Source of the DNA: Dehalococcoidia bacterium
GTDB taxonomy: Bacteria > Chloroflexota > Dehalococcoidia > Lucifugimonadales > UBA3495
Length of the DNA: 64,000 nt
Assembly (NCBI GenBank): GCA_965232885.1
Contig: CBDDQX010000002.1
Coordinates: 671,211 to 735,210 of the forward strand
Direction: 5' to 3'
Shown: in pieces, positions 55,527 to 62,233 of the stretch
Layout of the letters: every line of letters starts with the position of its first letter
Numbering within the stretch: the first letter of the stretch is position 1
Program-made: the position numbers and the translations under genes
The notes under the pieces: generated by a model
What the model was told of the DNA's origin: nothing
Databases searched by the model: none
Seen by the model: only the letters and a program-made list of their open reading frames with translations

Positions 55527-55913
55527 CTATCCCCATTCCAAGTCTCGCTTGCGCCAGGCGTAAGCCCAACCGACAAGCAGTATTCCCACGAATACCGCCA
55601 TCTCGATAAGGGCGAAAAGCTCCAGCCGCAGGAACTTGGTCGCCCAGGGGTACAGGAAGATCACCTCTACGTCGAAAATGACGAAGAGGATGGCAAACAT
55701 ATAGTAGCGAAAATTGAACAGATCCCACTTGCCGCCGATGGCCTCCATGCCGCACTCGTAGGTTTCCGCTTTGACCTGGCTGGGCGCGCGTGGGCGCAGG
55801 CCGATCCGCGACATTCCCCACGACATGAGCAACATACTGACCGGCACGGCCACAGCTACCACGCAGAAAATGGCAATCAGCCCGTACTGTCTGAAGTAAT
55901 CGTCCAAAAACAT
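55527..55913 (-). CDS. nuoA: NADH-quinone oxidoreductase subunit A
   Basis: YECGMEAIG...[12 protein letters not shown]. The ATG at 55913 gives a typical 128-aa NuoA. Confidence 0.85.
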   Translation of the reverse strand: MFLDDYFRQYGLIAIFCVVAVAVPVSMLLMSWGMSRIGLRPRAPSQVKAETYECGMEAIGGKWDLFNFRYYMFAILFVIFDVEVIFLYPWATKFLRLELFALIEMAVFVGILLVGWAYAWRKRDLEWG

Positions 55914-55920
55914 CGCGGCG

Positions 55921-55926
55921 ATTATA
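55921..55926 (-). promoter_or_regulatory. perfect TATAAT 7 nt upstream of the nuoA ATG (candidate -10 of a leaderless or very short-leader transcript)
   Basis: The minus strand reads CTGATATAATCGCCGCGATG. There is no SD between the box and the ATG. A second TATAAT lies at 55967-55972. Confidence 0.3.
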
Positions 55927-56087
55927 TCAGAAAGTTGGCCGTTGGCTGTATCGAATTTCGCCAAAAATTATACTGTCCCAACATGAGGCAAATGAACCGG
56001 AAGGCAGCAGGAACCGCAGGATTCAATACGCCTTAGTGGTAAGATAGGGGCGCAAATTCGTTTCAGCCAAGAGTTACGCAGTTGGAT

Positions 56088-56130
56088 ACAATCCCCTCTC
56101 CCAAGGGAAGAGGGTTACAGTGAACCTCTC
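56088..56130 (+). repeat. REP-like hairpin element (family A) upstream of the CoA-transferase gene
   Basis: ACAATCCCCTCTCCCAAGGGAAGAGGGTTACAGTGAACC. Confidence 0.6.
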
Positions 56131-56163
56131 AATTGCGTAAGTCCTATCAGTAAGAGGGCAGGT

Positions 56164-57423
56164 TTGACCAACGCGAATCAGGTTACCGGAAAAGGGCCGT
56201 TGACCGGCCTGCGGGTCTTGGATTTGTCAATGATTGTGGCCGGGGGAACCGCCAGCAGCCTGATGGCCGACTTCGGCGCAGAGGTAGTGAAGGTGGAGCG
56301 TCCCGGCGCAGGCGACCCCCTGCGAAACTGGGGGCCTTTCGCCAACGGCGTATCCTTGTGGTGGAAGGTGCATTCCAGGAACAAGAAGTCCGTTACCCTC
56401 AACCTTGGCAGCGCAGAGGGACAGGGCATTCTCAAAGACCTGGCAGCCACGGCAGACGTGCTGATCGAGGGGTTCCGTCCCGGGGTCATGGAACGTTGGG
56501 GCCTGGGGCCGGACGATCTGCTGCAAGTGAACCCCGGACTGGTGATGCTGCGCTACTCAGGCTTCGGGCAGACCGGCCCTTACAAGGAACGTCCCGGATT
56601 CGGCACCATCGCCGAGTGCATGAGCGGCTACGTGGGCATGACCGGCTTCCAGGACACCCCTCCGGTCCTGCCGCCGGTGCCTCTGGCCGACGAAATTGCC
56701 GGAGTATTCGGCGCAATGGCTGGCATGATGGCCCTCTACCATCGAGACGCCGGAGGCGGCGCAACAGCCAGCCATGAGCGCAGCCGCGGAGGGCAGGTTG
56801 TGGACGTGTCGCTGTTCGAGCCGCTCTTCCGCTTGTGCATCCCTCATATCACGATGTTCGACCTGCTGGGCATCAACCGGGAGCGAGTGGGAAACGACTT
56901 CCCCGACGCCGCACCCCGCAGCCTCTACCGCACCGGCCCATCATCCGATGGGGAGCGGCACTGGCTGGGCCTGTCGGCCACCTCGCAGAGTACCTTCGAG
57001 GGCTTGGCCAAAGCTATGGGGATGCCTGAACTGATTGACCGTCCAGCCTTCGCCGACAACGCTTCCCGCATAGAAAACCGCGAGGAACTCAACGGAGAAC
57101 TGAACGCCTGGCTCTCTGACCGCACTCTTGACGAAACCCTCGATCAGTTGATCCCGGCAGGAGGCGTGGTCGGCCCGGTTTACAACGCCGCCCATATCGT
57201 CGAAGACCCTCATTACCAGGCCCGCGAAGACATTATCGAAATAGACGACCCCGAGCTGGGCCACACCCGGATGCTGGGCATTGTTCCGAAGTTCAGCGAC
57301 ACCCCCGGCGCGGTAGAGCACGCCGGCCCTACCGTGGGCCAGCACAACGCCGCCATCTATGGCTCATGGCTGGGGCTGGGCGAGCCGGACTTGGCCGGGT
57401 TGGCGGAGCGGGGAACTATCTAG
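56164..57423 (+). CDS. family III CoA-transferase (CaiB/BaiF-like)
   Basis: GPLTGLRVLDLSMIVAGGTASSLMADFGAEVVKVE and GFRPGVMERWGLG. Confidence 0.8.
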   Translation: MTNANQVTGKGPLTGLRVLDLSMIVAGGTASSLMADFGAEVVKVERPGAGDPLRNWGPFANGVSLWWKVHSRNKKSVTLNLGSAEGQGILKDLAATADVLIEGFRPGVMERWGLGPDDLLQVNPGLVMLRYSGFGQTGPYKERPGFGTIAECMSGYVGMTGFQDTPPVLPPVPLADEIAGVFGAMAGMMALYHRDAGGGATASHERSRGGQVVDVSLFEPLFRLCIPHITMFDLLGINRERVGNDFPDAAPRSLYRTGPSSDGERHWLGLSATSQSTFEGLAKAMGMPELIDRPAFADNASRIENREELNGELNAWLSDRTLDETLDQLIPAGGVVGPVYNAAHIVEDPHYQAREDIIEIDDPELGHTRMLGIVPKFSDTPGAVEHAGPTVGQHNAAIYGSWLGLGEPDLAGLAERGTI

Positions 57424-57429
57424 GCGGCG

Positions 57430-57891
57430 ATGAGGATAATCAATCCGCGTCGGGCCAGTCTGGCAATTACCGTAAGCCAGTGGGCGGTCTTTATCTTTGG
57501 CGCCCCGGCGATTGTACTATCCGAATGGTTCTGGTACTACCCGATTCTGCATCGTTACGTCTATAGTCCCCTGCTGACCACCCTGGCAATAGGAGCAATC
57601 CTGGGGGGCATGGGCGTCCTGAAGCGACTAATCGACCCGGAGGTCATGCGGAACGAGCGGCGGATTCTGGTGCAGGCCGCCATATCTCTCGCTCAGGTAA
57701 TTCTGGTTCATTTAGCCAGCGCATTGCTTTCCTTTTCGTGGTATGTCCTTGCCCTTGACGAAGGGAACTGGGAAAACGACCTATTGATGATTTCAAGTAT
57801 GGCTTGCGCCAGCGTCATCGGTATCTTGGTCCTGGAATGGGGAAAGCGGCGATTGACGCAATGGCCTGCTCAGTCCGTTCCAGAAGGATAA
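57430..57891 (+). CDS. hypothetical integral membrane protein (4 TM)
   Basis: 153-aa hydrophobic ORF, 6 nt after the CoA-transferase stop. No family recognised. Confidence 0.4.
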   Translation: MRIINPRRASLAITVSQWAVFIFGAPAIVLSEWFWYYPILHRYVYSPLLTTLAIGAILGGMGVLKRLIDPEVMRNERRILVQAAISLAQVILVHLASALLSFSWYVLALDEGNWENDLLMISSMACASVIGILVLEWGKRRLTQWPAQSVPEG

Positions 57892-57898
57892 GAAACTT

Positions 57899-58567
57899 AT
57901 GCCTTTACCCACTCTTCTGGTCGCCACCGGCAACCCCGGCAAGCTGCGCGAATACGCCGGACTGCTACGCGAAGCTCCGTTTACTCTTGTCTCACTCAAA
58001 GACGTGGGCATCACCCAGGAAGTCCCGGAAACCGGAGACACTTTTCACGAGAACGCTTGGCTGAAGGCGTCCGGCTACGCTGCGATGAGCGGGATGCTGA
58101 CCTTGGCCGACGACTCCGGCCTGGAGGTGGACGCTCTAGGCGGGGAACCGGGTGTCCGCTCGGCCCGTTACGGCCCGGCCCCCGATGAAGACGGTGCTTG
58201 CCGCTCCGACGCCGACCGGGCGGCTCTGCTGCTGCGGAACCTGGAAAACGTGCCGTGGACCAGGAGGACGGCTCGGTTCCGTTGCGTAATCAATATCGCC
58301 CAACCCAGCAATTCCGTTGGCCCTGAGCCTGTCGAAGGGCCTGCTCTGCTGGCTTCGGTAGTTGGGGCGGTGTCTGGAATGATACAATACGAACCTGAAG
58401 GCGATGACGGCTTCGGTTATGACCCGGTGTTTCGCTTGCCGTCCTTCGGCAAGACTATCGCTCAGCTTTCGCTGGAGGACAAGAACCGCATCAGCCACCG
58501 GGGCTGCGCCGCCGGTCGAGCCATGAACGCTCTTATCAGAATCGCCTCGAAATCTGCTCAAAGTTGA
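57899..58567 (+). CDS. rdgB: dITP/XTP pyrophosphatase (RdgB/Ham1)
   Basis: LLVATGNPGKLREY, ADDSGLEVDALGGEPGVRSARY, FGYDPVF and SHRG. Confidence 0.85.
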   Translation: MPLPTLLVATGNPGKLREYAGLLREAPFTLVSLKDVGITQEVPETGDTFHENAWLKASGYAAMSGMLTLADDSGLEVDALGGEPGVRSARYGPAPDEDGACRSDADRAALLLRNLENVPWTRRTARFRCVINIAQPSNSVGPEPVEGPALLASVVGAVSGMIQYEPEGDDGFGYDPVFRLPSFGKTIAQLSLEDKNRISHRGCAAGRAMNALIRIASKSAQS

Positions 58568-58585
58568 TTTCCGGTCTTTGTCTGA

Positions 58586-59626
58586 ATGCCTATGTCTTTA
58601 CCTATGCCCTCGAATGTAGTTGACACAATGGGCCGTTCGATGCGAGATCTTCGCATCTCGGTCACAGACCGCTGCAACTTCCGCTGCCCCTACTGTATGC
58701 CCGCCGAAATTTACGGTGAGGCATACGAGTTCCTGCCGCGGGAAGAAATCCTGACCTTTGAGGAAATCACCCGTCTCACCGGCCTGTTCGCGGAGTTCGG
58801 CGTCTCCAAGGCCCGCATCACCGGAGGCGAGCCGCTGCTGCGCACCGACCTGACGCAGCTGATTTCCCAGATAGCCTCCGTCGAGGGCATCACTGACGTC
58901 ACGCTCACCACCAACGGCTACCTGCTGGCGCAGCAGGCCCAGGAATTGAAGGACGCCGGGTTGCACCGGATAACCGTCAGCCTGGATAGCATTGACGACG
59001 ACGTCTTCAAGCAGATGAACGGACGGGGCTTCGGCGCGCGTCGCGTGCTCCACGCCATCCAGCGGGCTGCCGAGGTGGGTCTGACTCCCGTCAAGATAAA
59101 CGCCGTAGTCCAGCGAGGAGTCAACGACCACACCATCGCTGACCTCGCCCGACACTTCAAGGGCACCGGCCACATAGTGCGGTTCATCGAGTACATGGAC
59201 GTGGGCAACCGCAATGGCTGGAAGCTGGACGAAGTGGTGTCCGCCGACGAAATTATCTCCCGAATAGACTCCGAAATGCCGCTTGAGCCAGCCCCCGGCA
59301 ACTACCACGGCGAGGTCGCCGAGCGCTACCTGTACCGAGACGGCAGCGGCGAGATAGGCGTCATCGCCTCCGTTACCCGTCCCTTCTGCGGCGCTTGCAC
59401 CCGGCTGCGCCTCTCCACCGACGGCCAGATATTCACCTGCCTCTTCGCCACCCGCGGCGTCAGCCTCCGCGACCCCATGCGCGACGGCGCCACCGACGAG
59501 GAGTTGCGCCAGCTAATCGCCGGCATCTGGACCCGCCGCGCCGACCGCTACTCAGAAGAACGCGCCGCCGCCACGCCGGACATGCCCCGCCCAGCCAAGG
59601 TGGAGATGTACCAGATCGGGGGGTAG
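58586..59626 (+). CDS. moaA: GTP 3',8-cyclase (molybdenum cofactor biosynthesis protein A)
   Basis: Radical-SAM CNFRCPYCMP, GGEPLLR and a C-terminal CGACTRLRLSTDGQIFTCLF. Confidence 0.9.
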   Translation: MPMSLPMPSNVVDTMGRSMRDLRISVTDRCNFRCPYCMPAEIYGEAYEFLPREEILTFEEITRLTGLFAEFGVSKARITGGEPLLRTDLTQLISQIASVEGITDVTLTTNGYLLAQQAQELKDAGLHRITVSLDSIDDDVFKQMNGRGFGARRVLHAIQRAAEVGLTPVKINAVVQRGVNDHTIADLARHFKGTGHIVRFIEYMDVGNRNGWKLDEVVSADEIISRIDSEMPLEPAPGNYHGEVAERYLYRDGSGEIGVIASVTRPFCGACTRLRLSTDGQIFTCLFATRGVSLRDPMRDGATDEELRQLIAGIWTRRADRYSEERAAATPDMPRPAKVEMYQIGG

Positions 59627-59629
59627 GAT

Positions 59630-59970
59630 TTGGCGGATGTCCCTTCCGGTAACTTGATTTTCAGAGATTACCAGGGGCGGAGTGTTCGCCTCCTTGAGAA
59701 GCAGTTGCTCCATATTCACGAAAGACACTCCGAAATGATTGGGATGGAATGGGCAATAGGCCAGACTATCGAGACGCCCGAGGCTGAGTTGCCTTCCATC
59801 AAAGATCCAGATGGCGCAAAGATCCAGATAGCGTAGTTGAGTATTACAAGTGGTTCACTGGTACTTCCAGGGGCGAGAAATACGTCAAAGTTGTCGTGAA
59901 ATTCAGCCAGGATGATGCCTTCGTGCTGACTGCCCTTCTCAGCAGGCGCATCCCCCGAAGAGGTGAATAG
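59630..59970 (+). pseudogene. DUF4258-like small toxin-type gene disrupted by a 17-bp tandem duplication
   Basis: Frame 1 ends at TAG 59834-59836. The C-terminal part continues in another frame as VVEYYKWFTGTSRGEKYVKVVVKFSQDDAFVLTALLSRRIPRRGE. Removing 59801-59817 restores a single 107-codon ORF. Confidence 0.55.
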
Positions 59971-60233
59971 TGGAACCTAGACGAGTCAATATCTGGTACG
60001 ACCCCGAAGGGGATTTCTTGGAAGTAATGTGGGAGCGCAAGCCCGGCGAATTCGTGGATACCATTGACGGGCATGCCGACGTTAAGGTTGATGATGACGG
60101 CAATATATTGGGCTTTCAAATCCTGTCGGTAAGCAAGATTACCAAGCCCCTGTGCGTATTCTTCGATTTTGACGACCCGGACGTGGAGCAATGCCAATGC
60201 CGGAAAGCGGCGGCCTCTCCCTCAGACACGTAA
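59970..60233 (+). CDS. DUF2283-family protein (putative antitoxin partner)
   Basis: A GTG start overlaps the preceding TAG by 1 nt. It reads IWYDPEGDFLEVMWE...VKVDDDGNILGFQILSVSK, the typical DUF2283 pattern. Confidence 0.55.
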   Translation: MEPRRVNIWYDPEGDFLEVMWERKPGEFVDTIDGHADVKVDDDGNILGFQILSVSKITKPLCVFFDFDDPDVEQCQCRKAAASPSDT

Positions 60234-60703
60234 CCATCCACACCGACGGTTCCTGCCTCGGCAACCCAGGGCCTGGAGGGTACGGCGTCGTCCTGGAACA
60301 CAACGGCCACGAGAAAGAGATGTTTGGCGGGTTCCGCCGCACCACCAACAATCGCATGGAAATCCTGGCTGTCATAGTTGGCTTGGAGGCCCTGATGGAG
60401 ACCTGCTCCGTAACGGTATACAGCGATTCCCGTTATGTGGTGGACGCCATTGAAAAAGGCTGGGCCAAGAAGTGGCAGGCCAACGGATGGATGCGCAACA
60501 AGCGGGAGCGCGCCGTTAACCCCGACCTGTGGGAGCGGCTGCTCAATGCCATGGGCAAGCACGAGGTTGAACTCCGATGGGTGCGCGGACACGCTGGCAA
60601 CGAGGGCAACGTCCGCGCCGACAAGTTGGCCGTGGCAGCCGCCAATGGCACCGGCCTCCACCCCGACGAAGGATATGAGAAACCCCGTCCGTCATTCCCG
60701 TGA
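60191..60703 (+). CDS. rnhA: ribonuclease HI
   Basis: IHTDGSCLGNPGPGGYG, TTNNRMEILA and VRGHAGNEGNVRADKLA. Confidence 0.85.
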   Translation: MPMPESGGLSLRHVTIHTDGSCLGNPGPGGYGVVLEHNGHEKEMFGGFRRTTNNRMEILAVIVGLEALMETCSVTVYSDSRYVVDAIEKGWAKKWQANGWMRNKRERAVNPDLWERLLNAMGKHEVELRWVRGHAGNEGNVRADKLAVAAANGTGLHPDEGYEKPRPSFP

Positions 60704-60716
60704 AAATGGGAATCCG
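60690..60716. repeat. solo GTCATTCCCG-loop-GGGAAT hairpin, related to the internal arms of the 225-bp MITE
   Basis: CGTCATTCCCGTGAAAATGGGAATCCG. It contains the rnhA stop codon TGA. Confidence 0.5.
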
Positions 60717-60729
60717 GTGGAGATGAAGA

Positions 60730-61236
60730 ATGACTTCCCCAGCAGAGCAGCAGTCGTTGACCCACCTCGACGAGCAGGGCCGCGCCCGAATGGTGGACGT
60801 GGGCGAGAAAGACGTCACCAGCCGCGAAGCGGTAGCCCGCGGTCACGTGTCCATCCAACCGGAGACGGCGCGGCTCATCCGGGAAGGTTTGATGAAAAAG
60901 GGCGACGTCCTGACCATCGCCCAGATTGCCGGAATCATGGGCGCAAAGAAGACCTCCGAGCTGATTCCCCTCTGTCACCCGCTCCCGCTCAACAAGGTTG
61001 ATGTTGACCTCGAACTCGACGAGGAACACAGCCGCATCAACATCACCTCCACCGCCAGCACCACCGCCCGCACCGGCGTCGAGATGGAGGCCATGACCGC
61101 CGTCTCCGTTGCCGCGTTGACGCTCTACGATATGTGCAAAGCCGTAGACCGGGGCATACGCATCGAGGGCGTCCGCCTAGTCCGCAAGAGCGGCGGGCGC
61201 AGCAGCGACATTGACTTGAAAGAGTTGGAGAATTAG
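60730..61236 (+). CDS. moaC: cyclic pyranopterin monophosphate synthase
   Basis: [23 protein letters not shown] and [24 protein letters not shown]. Confidence 0.9.
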   Translation: MTSPAEQQSLTHLDEQGRARMVDVGEKDVTSREAVARGHVSIQPETARLIREGLMKKGDVLTIAQIAGIMGAKKTSELIPLCHPLPLNKVDVDLELDEEHSRINITSTASTTARTGVEMEAMTAVSVAALTLYDMCKAVDRGIRIEGVRLVRKSGGRSSDIDLKELEN

Positions 61237-61240
61237 CGAA

Positions 61241-61597
61241 ATGGGAGCGATTTTCATCACCATCGAAGTGGGTGATATGCGCGGTGAGCGGTTTGAGCCA
61301 GTGGAGGTCTTGGTAGACACCGGCGCCACTTTCACCACAGTACCAGGCGGGTTATTGCGAGAATTAGGAGTATCACCCCAGCGAACGATGCCTGCTCGAC
61401 TCGCCGACGGTACTATAGTGAACGATGAAGTGTGCGATACCGTAATTCGCTTGGAAGGCCAGACTTTTTTCACGCCTGTAACGTTTGGAAAGGAAGGAGA
61501 ACCCAATTTGCTGGGCGTGGTGGCTCTGGAGACTGCGCTTCTGGCAGTTGACCCTGTGGACCAACGCCTTGTCCCGACGATTGGCTGGAAGGCTTGA
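61241..61597 (+). CDS. retropepsin-like (clan AA) aspartic protease domain protein
   Basis: 118 aa with an LVDTGAT active-site motif and a C-terminal LLGVVALE flap/dimer-type region. Confidence 0.6.
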   Translation: MGAIFITIEVGDMRGERFEPVEVLVDTGATFTTVPGGLLRELGVSPQRTMPARLADGTIVNDEVCDTVIRLEGQTFFTPVTFGKEGEPNLLGVVALETALLAVDPVDQRLVPTIGWKA

Positions 61598-61598
61598 T

Positions 61599-61961
61599 TT
61601 ATCGCCCGCTGTCCAACTCCCGTCCCATCGCCCGTAGCGCGGCAGCGGCGAAGTGAATGTAATCTTCGGCAGATAACTCCAGCGGTCTGTAGCTGTCCAC
61701 CTGGTCAACATCGGTCGGCCCCACCGGCCCTGGGATCACTTCCAGTTCCAGCTCACAGATTTCCCCGTCCGGCATCACGACAACGCAGCCCCACTCGGCC
61801 TTCGAGTCCGCAGGCGGCTCCAATTCAATAGCTTGCAACGAAGTCATGCCCATGAACGCCGGAAACGGCTGTAGTTGTACAGCCACCTCCTCTACCGCCC
61901 CATGGAGTTGAGCGGCAGTCTGTTCCAGGATTTCTCGGAGCGCTCGGCTTTCGGCAGACAT
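61599..61961 (-). CDS. hypothetical acidic protein
   Basis: 120-aa ORF convergent with the protease gene. No family recognised. Confidence 0.35.
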   Translation of the reverse strand: MSAESRALREILEQTAAQLHGAVEEVAVQLQPFPAFMGMTSLQAIELEPPADSKAEWGCVVVMPDGEICELELEVIPGPVGPTDVDQVDSYRPLELSAEDYIHFAAAALRAMGRELDSGR

Positions 61962-62039
61962 CGGAAACTATTCTAGAGGGTCTATCGTCAACGGCCAATA
62001 GTTCGGTGCATAATCACAGGGCCATTTATATAGTTTCCG

Positions 62040-62067
62040 CTCCCTTCGGGGGAGGGTCGGGTGGGAG
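62040..62067 (+). repeat. REP-like hairpin element (family A)
   Basis: CTCCCTTCGGGGGAGGGTCGGGTGGGAG. Confidence 0.55.
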
Positions 62068-62100
62068 CGTCTCTCCGCCGTGGGCAAAGTGCTGATGCCT

Positions 62101-62160
62101 GGATTTCACCATCACCTCAACCTTCTCCCTCCCTTCGGCAAGCTCAGGCGAGAGGGAGAA
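62101..62160 (-). repeat. REP-like hairpin element (family A, reverse orientation) whose loop is the TGAGCTTGCCGAA module
   Basis: The reverse complement reads TTCTCCCTCTCGCCTGAGCTTGCCGAAGGGAGGGAGAAGGTTGAGGTGATGGTGAAATCC. Confidence 0.65.
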
Positions 62161-62233
62161 TTACAAGGCCTTGGCATAATCAGGGCGTCCTTTGGAAATT
62201 CCCGGCAATGCGGTTGATGAGCGCGGATTCGAG

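Noticed and set aside
55442-55576. N-terminal 45-aa extension of NuoB. Similar upstream extensions occur for coaE (787), the LRR protein (27234), nuoA (55964), nuoD (54360), icd (29716) and mdh (33455).
   Set aside because: The extensions cover REP-like or intergenic sequence and lack an RBS. Internal starts have good SD sequences or ATGA coupling and give canonical N-termini.
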